Origin: Leucoraja erinacea | Lineage: Eukaryota | Reading direction: 5' to 3' | Length of the DNA: 64,000 bases | Assembly: GCF_028641065.1 (NCBI RefSeq) | Contig: NC_073377.1 | Coordinates: forward strand, 106,826,001 to 106,890,000 | Part shown: positions 1-12,989 of the stretch, in pieces | Position numbering within the stretch: the stretch's first letter is position 1 | Layout of the letters: every line of letters begins with the position of its first letter | Notes under the pieces: model-generated | Told to the model about the DNA's origin: nothing | Databases searched by the model: none | What the model saw: the letters and a program-made list of their open reading frames with translations, nothing else | Program-made: the position numbers and the translations under genes

Positions 1-433
1 AGTACAGCAAGTGAAGATGTAAACAACTGAGCAATAGTTGAGCTGTTTGACTTCTCCAATACTTCCGATGTCAACAAATACTCCTTTGATAGTTGACCTG
101 CCTCCAGTGTACTGATTACCACATTGGCAACATAACTCCCCATCTATTGAGATCCATATTTTGTTGCATGCAACATTCATCTCTAATTTTCTGCACAACA
201 GTGTTGAAGTTGCTGTCAATATAGTGTTTCCATAATGATGACTCGCTTGGCCTATGTTCCTCTGTGTATTTCTCTAAAAAAATCCTCTGAGAGGTTTGTT
301 TTCCAATTTCCACAGTGGAATTCCAGCATCAATGAATGCCTTGCACAGATCACTCCAACTCAGATTTGCAACCGGAGCCAGCAGTAAATGTAGTGAGTAG
401 AGAAGCTTGGGTATTTCGCTTGGGTGGTCTGCA

Positions 434-590
434 CAATACAATACAATACAATTTATACAATACAATTTATTTGTCATTTGAACCCCATTGAGGTTCAAAC
501 GAAATGTTGTTTCTGCTGTCATACACACAAGAAAGAACCAAGACACAACACAATCTACACAAACATCCATCACAGCACACCCCAGTGGTA
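434..590 (-). mobile_element. 3' end of a Rex1/Babar-type LINE or derivative
   Basis: (CAATA)n tail; minus-strand stem-loop TTTGAACC..GGTTCAAA followed by TGACAAATAAA; shares ACAAACATCCATCACAG-like sequence with the element at 53468-54180. Confidence 0.55.
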
Positions 591-825
591 TCAACATTGA
601 CTTCTCTAATTTTAGATAGCGCTTGTCTTCTTCCTTCTCCCTCTTCCCAGCTCTCCTTCTAGTCCTACTGTCTCCGCCTCCCCCCCCCCCCACATCAGCC
701 TGAAGAAGGGCCTCGACCCGAAACATCGCCTATTCCTTCTCTCCATAGATGCTGCCTCACACGCTGAGTTTCTCCAGAATTTTTTGTCTACCTTCGATTT
801 TTCCGGCATCTGCAGTTCTTTCTTA
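590..825 (+). mobile_element. Penelope-like element 3' terminal (pLTR) fragment with a hammerhead-like core at 700-728
   Basis: CTGAAGAAGGGCCTCGACCCGAAACATC followed by the recurrent GATGCTGCCT..GCTGAGTT..TCCAG..CATCTGCAGTTC tail. Confidence 0.7.
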
Positions 826-1134
826 AATAGATCTTGGAGAAGACTGAACCAGCGGCAGCGGCACGAAAGAATGAATGACCGACGGTGGCACCCCCGGTTT
901 AGCCCCGGTGGTGGAAGTTTTCTTGTAAGTTATACTATGTTAACAATAACATTAATATTAATGTGTTATTATAGAATACGTCATTGTAACCACGGTACAA
1001 CTAGAGAAAATAGCACAACCTTTTAGCAAAATGGCAACAAAAGGCTGATTTAGGCACTCGATCATGAAAAAGGCATTATCCTGGTGAAATCGTCAAAAAA
1101 AGGCACATGGCATTTATGGCAAAACCCTGGCTCT

Positions 1135-1266
1135 ACTAATAAGAAAGAAAGGTGAAGTGCGGTATTAACAAATAAAGGAGGGAAGATGGGCAAATCGAGG
1201 GGGAGAGGATAGGGGATCCAGTAGGAAGAATGTGTGGATGATGGGCAGATGGAGATGGGAAGGGGT

Positions 1267-1298
<32 letters not shown>

Positions 1299-1595
1299 AA
1301 TCAGGGGCTGGGGAGGGTTTGGAAAGAAAGGTGTGTGTGAGAGGGCCTAGGTAGACCAGAGGCAGAGAGAAAGGTCATGGGGGAAGTAGATTACCCGCTA
1401 TAGGAAAATTCATTGTTATTAACATTGAGTTGTAGAGCAAGCACACAGAACATGAGATGGTGTTAATTTTAAGTTTGCATTGGCTGTCGAGGAGGTTGAG
1501 GCAAGACAGGTCAGTGTGGGAAGGGAAGGGGGGTTAAAATTGCTGGCAACTAGGTGGCAATGGTGGATAGACCTGTGTTTGGTAACTTGTAGCTT
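1135..1595 (-). mobile_element. Decayed Penelope-like fragment including a poly-G run (~1268-1297)
   Basis: Purine-rich 3' region plus ORF-end sequence similar to 19958-20352 and 39855-40455. Confidence 0.5.
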
Positions 1596-2699
1596 TTAAG
1601 TTTTAACTTCCCTTCTTTCCATTTGGACAATCAATATATTTTTTAAACATTTATAATCCTTATGTTCCCCTTTTTCTTTTGTTTCATGTTCTTTTTTGTC
1701 GTAGCTTTATTGTTCTTTATTAGATGTAGGTTAGATCCTAGCTGAATCATTGCATTTGGTTCTTAAAGATGTCAAAATGTATGATTTACTGGAACAGTAT
1801 GAGGGATAAAATTGGTCCATTACATGGTGATGCTCATGAAACTGGGATTGATTTTCATTAGAGGAGCGAGATTAAGAGGAGATTTCACAGTTTTGTTCAA
1901 AATCATGAGGAATAAATAAGGAGAAGATGTATCCCGTGGCAGAAAGGTTGATGATCAGAGGACACAGATTTAAGGTTACTATTTAAAGAACCAGAGGTGA
2001 CATGGGACAAACACTTTTGCACACTGCATTTTTATTATTCAAAGCATTCTTCTGAAAGGATGCTGAAAGCAAGATCAGTAATAACTTTCTTTGGGGGAGT
2101 TATATGAATGTTAGAAAGATCCATATTTGCAGGACTATTAGGAGAAAAAGCAGGGAAGCAGGCACTTGCACGATTATTCGGGACCTTTCGCTGCGCTGCA
2201 TTGTGCCCTAATTCCATGGTTACTTTATTGTTATTTATCTGCACTGCATTTTCATTAGGTCCTCTTGTTGTGCAGACCATGGTCTAAAAAATAAGTAGTT
2301 TTGGACATTGTTAAAAAATCTTTGGAATATTAGTCTTGATCTCTACATCAATATGGCACAGCATTAACCATTGTGTCACTATATGGCTAATATAGGCTTC
2401 ATCCTGATGTTCTTACTGCTGGATTGGTGGATAGCCAAGCACAGAAAGTGTTATTGTGATAATTCCCTTTCTTCAGCCTCGGTCCCATACACCACAGGCC
2501 ACGGTTGAATCACCCTGGCAATTCCATATTCCTAAACTTGTTGGAAATTGCAAGTTAAATCCCGAATGCTGGTCCTGATATTTTCCTGCTGGAACATCAG
2601 TTTTCAACAGCTTCCCAAGTCTGACTTTCACTGAAGAACCAATATTAGACCCAAGTATTTTCAGGACCTCATTTTGGAAATTATTATTTGAAGAAACTG

Positions 2700-3765
2700 A
2701 ATCTCCTCCAAGTGATAAAATAGGTAGTCCAGAGATAAGCTTGGATGCAATATAGAAGGTATAATTATTTGGGTGTGAATATAGAAGACATGAAAATTAA
2801 TTGTGCTGTGGATAACAAGGAAGGCTGTTTAGGATTACAGTAGGCTGCAACTCAGTTGAAATCTTCGGTGGAGCAGTACAGATAGAATTTAACAATGACA
2901 TGTGAGTTGATGCAATTCAGCTAAGGAATGTTGCTATACAAAAATACTTAAGGTTTGAGTCCATTGTTCCCTGAAAGAGGCAACGTAGGTTAACAGGGAG
3001 GTGAGAAAAGCATATGTCATATCTGCCTCTATAGGTCAGTACATAAAACATAAAGCTGGAATGTAATGTTGCAACTTTACATTGGACTGCGCTTGGAGTA
3101 TTGTGCGAAGTTTGGGTCGTCGCACAGTGGAAGGATGGGGTTACAATGGAGTGAGCTCAGAGGAGATTCACAGGGCCATTGCTCTGGATTGGAGAAGCTT
3201 TAGTTACGGGGAAAGATTGGATAGGGCTGGAGCAAAGGAGGCTGAGGTGACCTGAATGAGGTATAGAAGGTCTTCAACTAATAGTCAGCATATCAAAAAT
3301 AAGAGTAGGTTTAAAATGAGAAGTAGGAATTTGAAATTTATTTTCAAAGAGAATAGTTGATATCTGCAATTCACTGTCAGAGGAAGTGGTGGAGTCACAT
3401 ATAATTACTACTTTTAAGAGATGGACTCTTGCATTTAAGAGCGTGGCTTTTCTTCGGGAGCTCCGGTTTTCTCCCACACTCCAAAGACGTACATCTTTGT
3501 AGGCTTGTAAATTGTCCCCAGCATGGAGGATCGTGTTAATGTGCAGGGACCGCTGGTCACCGCAGACTCGGTGTGCCAAAGGGCCTGTTTCCACGCTGAA
3601 TTTCTAAACTAAATTGAACTAAACTAACAATACACTAAAATGAGGCAAGATATAGGACATAAATCTAATGTGGGCAAATGAGATCCATGTAAATGGGGAA
3701 AAAGGTCAGCATAAGCATGATGAACTGAAGAAACTGCTTCTGTGTTATACAACTATATGACTCCA
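2700..3765 (+). mobile_element. Old CR1 LINE 3' fragment with an HE1-type SINE piece inserted (~3445-3627)
   Basis: Degenerate TTGGAGTATTGTGCGAAGTTTGGGTC (LEYC.QFW motif) and CR1 3' UTR; SINE tail CTAAACTAAA. Confidence 0.65.
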
Positions 3766-4409
3766 CAAATCTAGAATCCTCCATTTTATACAGAAATACT
3801 GAATGTATAATCTACATTATTAAAATACACCTATACCTACTACATGGATATTGTTATTTAACATTTAAATACTACTATTCCACACTTTGGCAGTATTACG
3901 AGAGTTGCACAGGTCACATTCAGAATGCAATGAACAATTGTTACAGAATTAAAAGCTCCCACCAGCAAATCTACAGGATTTCTGACTGAACTGTCTTGTG
4001 CTAGCACAATGGCCACACTGGATGAATAATGTACTCTATTTTTGTCTTACTTTCCAGTCTGTTATCTGTTCTTCTCAAATAAAGTAATTTATCTATCAAC
4101 ATTTTAAATTTGTCACTTTAGACCTATTTATCCACATAGTAATACATTACAGCATGCATAGATCCTGAATTTCATTTACAAATGCATAACAAGTAAAAAT
4201 CAACATAAATCATGACTTTCAAATAACATTCTAAATCATGAATTTGGAACAAGGTGTTTATTTAGTTAGTTTGGTGTTTATTTATTTAGTTACATAGAAT
4301 ATGGAAACATTAAAAAATGCCGCATGGGTCCCAGGACCCACAATGTCTGTGCTGAACATGATGCCAAGATAAACTAATCTCATCTGCCTGCAGATGATCC
4401 ATAATTGCG

Positions 4410-4960
4410 ATTGAATTTACGAAGGGAATGAGTGGACATACCATGGTATGCATTGATGGTGACGAAATGGAGATGGTCTATAGTTTAATGTTCCTCGGAA
4501 TCAATATCTCCTGCAATTTGTCCTGGATCAGTCACATTGAAGCTGGGACCAATAAAGAGAAAGCACACCAAAGCCTCTACTTCTTTAGAAGGCTCAGGAA
4601 GTTTGACATTTTCCCAACAACCCTCATCAACTTCTACAGATGTGCTGTGGAAAGCATTTTATTGGGATGCATCACAGCACGGTTTGGGAACAGCTCCATC
4701 TAAGACCCCAAGAAACTGCAAAAGGTTGTGAACATAGCCCAGACCATCAAGCAAACCAATTTTCCTTCCATTGACTCCGTCTACACTTCATGCTGCCTCA
4801 GCAAGGCCACCAACATAATCACGAACCAGTCTCACCCTGGCCACCCCCTCCTTTCCCTTCTCCAATCAGTCAAGAGGTACAGAAGTTTAAAAACGCATAC
4901 CTCCAGATTCGGGGACAGTTTCTTCCCGACTGTTATCAGGCAACTGACAGTCCTCTCATC
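4410..4960 (+). mobile_element. Rex1/Babar LINE RT C-terminal fragment (decayed)
   Basis: ORFs FLGINISCNLSW..KAHQSLYFFRRLRKF..FYRCAVESIL and HPGHPLLSLLQSVKRYRSLKTHTSRF; homologous to the 30282 ORF. Confidence 0.8.
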
Positions 4961-4974
4961 AGCCATCTACTTAA

Positions 4975-6150
4975 TTGCATCTGCCTATTGTAGGCAGGCC
5001 TATTGTACGCTATTGTATCTGCCTTCATCACTACCCATAACACCACGTTCCAGGCATCTACTACTTTCTGTGTAAAACAAAACCTGCCCCACACATCTCC
5101 TTTAAACTTTGCCCATTTCTCCATAAAGCTATGTCATCCTGCCTTTGACATCTCCAGAGAAAGCAATCCAAGTTTGTCTAACCTCTCCCTGTAGTTAATC
5201 CCCTCAAATCCAGGTAGCATTGTGGTGATCCTCTTCTGCACCCATTCCCAAGCCTCCACATCCTTCCTGTAAATGGGGAAACCAGAACAATATGCTAATT
5301 CCATATGTGATGCAATCAAAGTCCTACAAAGCTAACTTCCTGGCTCTTATGCACAATGCCCCATCCAATGAAGACAAGCATACCTAATGCCTTCTTTACC
5401 TCTGTCTATTTGTGGTGCCCCTTTCAGGGAGTTACAGACTTGGACCCCAAGATCCCTCTGTACATTAATACTGTTAAAGGTCTTGCTATTAACTATATAT
5501 TTCCCTTGCAGTCAAACTCCCAAAGTGCAACCCCTCACACTTGCTCGGATTAAACTCATTCTACAATTTCTCCACCCATTTCTGTAGCTGATCTATATCC
5601 TGATGTACAGTTAGCAGCCTTCTTCACAGACTGCAACTCCAGCAATCTTATTGTCTCCTGCAAACCTAGCAGCCAATCAATTGACATTTATGTCCAAGTC
5701 ATTAATATTTATCTCTCTCTCTCTATATATATGTATATATCATAAACAGCAGGTTAGCCTACCATGGGGACTTTGTCAAATGTCTTACTAAAGTCCATGT
5801 AGACAACAACCACTGCACAACACTCATTGATCACCTTTGTCACCTGCGCAAAAAACTTGATCAAGTTAGTAAGACAAGACATGACCAGCAACATTTAAAG
5901 TCATGCTGCCTGTCCCTAATTAGCCCATTCTCTTCTAAATTAGAGTAAATCGTATCCCAAAGAAACCTCTGCAATAGCTACCTCACCATTGACATGAGAC
6001 TCACTGACCTATAATTCCCTGGAATCACTCCCCTTCCCTTCATAAACAAAGGAACAACATTGGCTCTCCAGTCCTACAGGATCTCGCCTATGGCTAGAGA
6101 AGATGCAACGATCTCCACCAATACTCCTGTTATCTCCTCTCTTAATAACC
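4975..6150 (-). mobile_element. Decayed CR1 LINE fragment
   Basis: Minus-strand ORFs FTQKVVDAWNVV and RITTMLPGFEGINYRERLDKLGL. Confidence 0.75.
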
Positions 6151-9100
6151 TAGAATTGACAAATCGATTTAAATTTTGATTCATTGACAATTAAGTACAA
6201 TGAGCATTTTCTAAAAAACAGAATCTGTATCAGCCAATATTGGTATTTTGCCACAAATTTAAGTGAACAAGCTTCAAGACTTTAACTTTGTTTTGCATTG
6301 ATTAATTGAACAAATCAAAGCTACTGTAATGGGTAGCTGACGAAAGGGATGGGTGTCCATACTAATACTGAAAATAACAACCAATGTAAACACCCTTGAA
6401 TTCAATATATAAAAACAATAAGTAAAATAATAATAGCATGATTGTGAATACACCAGCAAAACAATTCCTTAAAATTTAAAGAGAGATAGAAAGGTTACTT
6501 TTACAATTCAAAAGGACAGAGTTTTGTTCGAGGAATGAATAGAGACATAGTGCTAACATTTGTCTTTTTAAGGTAGTTTAATACTTCATATCTCCTCTGA
6601 TCTATACATTTTAAATAAACTGTCACATGTCATAACTTCAGCTACTGGTTTGGTAAACACATGAAATTGGAGTACGTTTGTCGGAAATAAGCAGAGTGAA
6701 TTAGACAAAGAAATTCATTTTTTGTTATTTAAAACAATCTACACAACATGCAGAAGATGCCAAAAGAAGTAATGCTCTGTCATATCTGCTAAATAACTCA
6801 AAAGAAAACAAAAGATTGCAGCATCTGGAGTTGCCCTATTTAAAATCTTTGCAATGCACAAAATAACAGCAGCTGACAAAAAAAACATTTCCCTGAGAAA
6901 GTTTTTTTCTCATTGCTCACTCTCATTCTCCACTGGGAAGAGCCACTTTGAAACTGATGAATTATTTCTGAATATCCTTACATCAGATGTGTAACAAATG
7001 CAAAATGTGTTCCCAGCTGTCAACAATTGTAGGATTCTCTGAAAAATATTGCCTCTCCGAATCATTTAATTTCTGGCACCACTCATTTTTTTTTAATTAA
7101 TTGAACTATCATAGAAAATGCAACACACATACGTGGAGTTCTAACCTCTTCTGACAAATGAGTTGTAAATGAACAAAACTCATATGTTCACATAAACAGC
7201 CCTTGAACTTAAGCAGGCTGGTAAGGATAATGTTGCTAGCATGCCACTGAAATCAGATTTTGACCAGTTGCATGCTGTTAGTGAGCAAGGTTAAAAAGGG
7301 CTTCCAAAATTCTCAGGCTGAGATCATGAGAATGGGAAATATTGTCAAAATTGGACAAACCCCTCCACCCAAAAATCAAGTTCTTACTGCAGCTACCTGT
7401 AGATAAATTCCTTGCTGTATGAATGCAGATGAAATATAACAGTCATGTCTACAGAGATTGACCAATTTGTGCCATGCCTACGGTCACAATTGCCTATTAC
7501 TTGTTTTCCTTGCAGAGGCAGCAATTGCCTTGCCTGTGTCTCAGCTTAACCCTGATGGGGTTTAGTCAGGCACAAACTGCTAAAAGCAAAACCGTGAAGA
7601 CTGATGGAAAATGACCTGCTGTAATGGCTTTTGAAAATCAGTGTCAATGGACTGAGTTAAGCTCAGAGAAATGTGATAGAACTCTAAAATCAGCAGGGAG
7701 CAAAGCAACAAATGGTTTCAAGCAAAACTCATGATGGCACATCAAATACTAATTGGCCTCAGGCAGGCCTTAGAGACAATTTCACGCATAATGAAAAGAA
7801 ATATTTAATGTGTTCGAAACTGACATCGCATTAGACAATATCAAATTTTACACAATGCGGGGGGAACATTTATCTATCCTTTAGACTTTACTTTAAACTT
7901 TAAACATACAGCGTGGAAACAGGCCCTTCGGCCCACCGAGTCCATCCTGACCAGTGATACACGTGCACTAACACTATCAGAGACAATTTGATCAAAACCT
8001 TTAACAAGAACAAGTCTGGCATTATCTCATTCCTGAATGTGGGGAAACTCCTAAGTTTTCTTGGACTTATGAGGTGAAATGCTTGAAGCTACATGTAGAA
8101 TTACCATTACTTTCTCCAATATCTGCCTAATTTTATAAGTAGATTTAATATTGAAAGAGGGTAACTAGAGAAAAAACAAAAATATTTAATAGGAATCTGA
8201 GGGTTAACTTTTTCATGCAAAGGGGTGTATGGAACAAGCTGCCAGAGGAGGAAGTTTAGGCTGGGACTATCCCAACATTTAAAAAACTGTTAGACAGGTA
8301 CATGGATAGGACCAAATGCAGGCAGATGGGATTGTTACCACCTTAGAGAATATTCATTTAATTCAGGTGGGACTAGTGTAGCTGGGACATGTTGGCTGGT
8401 GTTGGCAAGTTGGGCTGAAAGGCCTGTTTCCATACTGTACCACTCTATGACTCTAATAGATTTCAATATTATGTGTACCTTCAGCACATTCACATTTTAC
8501 ATAATACGTTCAGCTGGTAGATAGCAGTCAGTGCAAGTCAGGACTATTGAATGAGTCTAGTATCCAGAGAACACCCATATATTTTGGGTAAAAATGGACT
8601 TACATTTAACCATGTCATTGGATGTCAGATGTTCATACAATGATGCATCTGGAGCCCACTTCGGACAGGAATGCTGACTACCTATTATAAGCCTATATAT
8701 AAAATTACTGCGTGCATATCATTTTGCTTCTGCTGATGCTACCTCAGTCAAAAATCACAACCAAAAGGTCTGTTTTTTGCAAAGCACTGTTCTGTGAAGC
8801 TCTGCAGTTTTCCATTTCCTAATTACCTACTCCATATTTGTTTGTGGCTTAACGCAATGGGAAACAGTTCAAAACCTAATTTTGTTGACTATTCCAGACA
8901 GCTAATAGCCGTGTCAGGAAATGAAATGAATAGTCTCAAAGGCAGTAACAATGCCCGCTGACGGTTTCATTCACATGCAGACTGCATGCTACTAAATCCC
9001 ACTATAGTCCATTTTATCTAAAATCATATACCAGGACCATTAAAATTCACACAACGGCATTAAACAAAACAGGACGGCTCTAAGGAGTACATTATACAGT

Positions 9101-10209
9101 TTGTAATCAATTATTTACCAGGTCTGAAGCACAGAGGCTGAAAGGATGCCTATTAACTTAATGCGATTGTGGTATGTTTTGCATGGTCACTGAGATTTGA
9201 TAGTAAATTCAACAAAATAGTTTTATTATATACTAACATGAGCGACTAGTCAGTTTATTATTCACAAAAGCAGCAGAATATCTTATAAAGATTATGTATT
9301 GGTGAAAATCTTTCTAGTTTAGCACATAACAATGGCAGATTTCAACTATTACTCCAAATTGCTGCTTTCCACTTGTCCGGCTAATCTGATTCAACACGTT
9401 GCCATGAGAGCAATTGAGACAGGCAGAGCCTTGACATGCTTAAGATTCCCAGACTACTGTCACTAGAAATCTCATACCTGACCAACAAGGAAAAAAATAA
9501 CATTACAAATAGAATTATCATGTGGTAATATTGGGATCCAAGAGAAAATGAGGACTTCTTATGCAAAGAAAAATTAAAGTGCAAAGTGAATCAATTGAAA
9601 GATAGAATTCCTTGACCAGGAACAAAGGTTTTAACACTTAAATCATTATAGATAAAGTTACTTTGGCATCGCAATTGAAAAAGGTATTATGAAAATGACA
9701 TAAATCGTAGTCTATAAAGCACTTTTTCAGATCTCTAATGAGCAGTATTTTTTTTCGGATAGAAAATGGTTTAAAGACAAATTAGGATAGAAAATCATAC
9801 TTTGCCACTTGCTTTAATCTCACAATGTAGAATATCTGCTGTGCTTTGTCCTTTGCCTGAAAGTCAGTTCAATTGACTTAAAAAGCAGAGAAAAAGACAG
9901 GGTGAGGTGTAGGATTGGGAAATTGAAGGACTGTAAGAAATGACTGTATTGATCAAAGGTAATTGACTGGATCATGCTTAATCCAATGTTCACATTCGGC
10001 CTGGCCAGGGATGAAAGTAACTTGCGTTTCTTATTGATACTGTTGTGTGACTAACATCCTGATTTAACCTGCATCAGCCATTTTCTTGCTGTAAGGCTAT
10101 ATTGACCCACTTTCGCCTCTGGCCCCTACATCAATCCCATGGCTGCCTCTATCTATTGCAACATCCAGGAGATTCATTGAAAGGAAACCTCCACTTCACA
10201 GCCATTTGG

Positions 10210-10600
10210 CAAGATGGTGTAGAGTGCAGGCATTTAGCAGGCCTCGGGTATTTGACCTGAGGTGCTGACTGATACCTGAGGCATATTTCACAGTTATGTC
10301 CATGAACAACTCCTCACTGACCTCTTTAGGAAAATGGAGCTACAGCGAGACAACCTCAGGATCATCCAGGAGAATGAGAGCGTTATGGATAGTTATAGTG
10401 AAGTGGTCATGCCTAAGGTACAGGAAGAGAGTAGGTGGGTGAACACAAGGAAAGCAAAAAGACAACGAGTGCAGGAGACCCCTGTGGCCATTTCCCTTCA
10501 AAACAGGTATACTCTTTTGGACACTGTTGAGAGGGATGAGCGACAGTGGTAGTCAGGTCTGTGGCACCCAGCCTAGCTCTGAGACACAGTGGGGAAAGGT
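10210..10600 (+). mobile_element. CR1 ORF1 N-terminal fragment
   Basis: MELQRDNLRIIQENESVMDSYSEVVMPKVQ..TPVAISLQNRYTLLDTV resembles chondrichthyan CR1 ORF1; a related PLTNKYTLLDAVG occurs at ~32460. Confidence 0.6.
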
Positions 10601-12020
10601 ACTCTGGAATTTAGAAGGATTAGAGGGAATCTTATTGACATATATAAGATTATTAAGGGTTTGGACACGCTAGATGTAGGTATGTTACAAAACCTATCTA
10701 ATCGTCGTTGAGAATCTGCCCCCAGGCCGTGTGCGTGATTTTGGTGCTGTTTAGAGGGGGCGGGTTTAAAACGCGATTTTTACTAGGCTGTTGCAATCGA
10801 AAATGTTCAGCCTAGTAAATCATTAACGGAAAATCGCTGAAAGACCCCGTCGCAAAAGGTATTATTAGTTTTTATGGTCTTGTATAATAGTTATAGTAGT
10901 TTAAAAACCACTCTCTCAACCCGCAACCTCTCACAGCCCCAGGGTTTTATAAAGCAAATAATTAAAGGTATGTACCTTATTTTTACATTAAAAGGAGCTT
11001 CTTAAGAACCCTGTATATAAAGTTTTCTATAGCGAATAGTTCATTTTGGGCTCTTTATATCCCGCAGTATTTTCCTGGGCATTTGAGGGCACAAATCCAG
11101 CGCAATGTGAACGTTCTAAACCAGCGCGTTCACAGGAACCCACTAGAAAGCCGATTTAAATTGACTTTAATTTACAGCAATTGAACACTAAATTCCTTCC
11201 ATTTGGCCTATAAATTGATGTAAATGAGATTTTAAAATCATGTTTTATTGTGAATTATTTGTGAATATTATTTGGACACTTAGGCTATTTAAAAATGTTA
11301 ATCATTTATTAAGAAATGGATAGATGTTTAGATCTAGTAATTGAAGTTTGAAATTAGCTACAATTGGGTAACTAACTAATTTTATGTTTTAATTTCAGGT
11401 CCTCCAAGTAAGATTATTTTATATTTGTTTCAGAATGGTTCAATCTATGATAACTGAAAATTTCATTCAGTTCTCTTAATTTTTAAGAAGGTTATGGGCT
11501 TTTGACTGTCCTCGATCACAGCTTTTTTGTTATGTCCATAGAAAATCAATAGGGAACAAGATGCTAATTTCCGAGTATGAAAATGGCCATAACTTTTTTA
11601 TTACTTGAGATATGAAAGTGAATTAGATGTCAAATTAAACTTATTGTTATGCTTTATCTGATGGGATAAATTGCAGACTTGATTTTTTAAATCTCAAAAT
11701 TTTGTAACATTGCTACTAGATGCAGGAACATGTTCCCGATGTTGGGCGAATCCAGAACCAGGGGCCACAGTTTAAGAATAAGGGGTAATCCCTTCAGAAT
11801 GGAGATGAGGGAAAACTTTTTCACACAGAGAGTTGTGAATCTATGGAATTCTCTGCTTCAGAAGGAGTAGAGGCCAATTCTCTGGATGCTTTCAAGAGAG
11901 AGTTAGATAGAGCTCTTAAAGATAGCGGAGTCAGGAGATACTGATTGTGGATGATCAGCCATGATCACAGTGAATGGGGGTGCTGACTCGAAGGGCCAAA
12001 TGGCCTCCTCCTATTGTAGC
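10600..12020 (+). mobile_element. CR1 3' fragment split by the DNA transposon at 10677-11715
   Basis: ACTCTGGAATTTAGAAGG..GGACACGCTAGATG resumes as CTAGATGCAGGAACATGTTCCCGATG after the insertion. Confidence 0.85.
10677..11715. mobile_element. Non-autonomous DNA transposon (1039 bp) with 16-bp TIRs and a 7-bp TSD
   Basis: Left end TAGGTATGTTACAAAA versus reverse complement of the right end TAGCAATGTTACAAAA (14/16). TSD CTAGATG at 10670-10676 and 11716-11722. AT-rich interior with no ORF in the track. Confidence 0.85.
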
Positions 12021-12989
12021 ACTAGGTCCTGCTCCTCCTCACTCTCAGATTTCTTCCCCCGCCCTTCCCCAAAGGTGCATCAGACTGATGAAGGATTCTG
12101 ACCTGAAACATCACCTATCCATGTTCCCATGAGATACTGCCTGACCTCCAGCACTTTGTGTCTTTTTTTCCCCCATTTCATTTTAATCTGCTTCATTCTC
12201 CACAGATCATTCTTGACCTGCTGATGACCTTCCACCATTTTCGATTTCTCTTTCATATTTCCAGCATTTGATGAGTGCTGGATGTTTTCCGGGGGTCAGA
12301 ATGAAGACTTTGTCCTTTTTCTTACGCATAAATAATTGGGTTATAAATGCATAATTTCAAAGTCTACAAATAATGCAATATTTATGATGTAGAAATTAAT
12401 GAAAAGTATGGTAGTAGTGTTCAGGAGTACAGGTTGGTGAAAAATGAACAGACAAAAATGATTCCAAATAGTGAAATGAGCAGAAATTGCGTCACACAAA
12501 GATTTGATCATATTAAGAATACAGAATTGTCTGAAATCAGAATTGATCAGAAATTTATAAACACAGCTGCTCACTTGGATGAGAAAGTATAATCTAAGGA
12601 AAATGCTGTTGTGTTGTGGATGAAAAACTGGCACAGGTGCAATGAACTAAATATTCTGCTTGGCATAGCAAAATTCTGTAATTCAATGACGGACTATAAC
12701 TATTACTCAAATATACAACACAAAATAAATAGCCAGTTTTGTTTTCTGTTTTCTCTTAACAAGCATTCATGTGGAACTAATCTAATAGGACATGTAAGAT
12801 AAAATAGATACCCCTCAGCAACGTAATTTTGAAACGCATGTTTCCACAAGCAGAAGACACCCATCTCTTTCTCTCCACCTCTCTTGACCCCTTCACTGAT
12901 TTTGATTTATCAGGCTCTTTGAGTGACATCCAGTGGTGGAGGAACCGAAATAACAGCAGGCAGTATTGTGAACTGTGATGAAGAAAACT

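Larger units (their letters stand above)
1..1129 (-). mobile_element. Decayed hAT-like DNA transposon with a CGGBP1-related transposase fragment (1-~430); interrupted by younger retroelement pieces and continuing off the window start
   Basis: Joining minus-strand frames gives DLCKAFIDAGIPLWKLENKPLRG/FLEKYTEEHRPSESSLWKHYIDSNFNTVVQKIRDE/VACNKIWISID/YVANVVISTLEAGQLSKEYLLTSEVLEKSNSSTIAQLF, which resembles CGGBP1-like hAT transposases and has several frameshifts. A hAT-type terminus CAGGGTTTTGCCAT starts at 1129 on the - strand. Confidence 0.7.
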
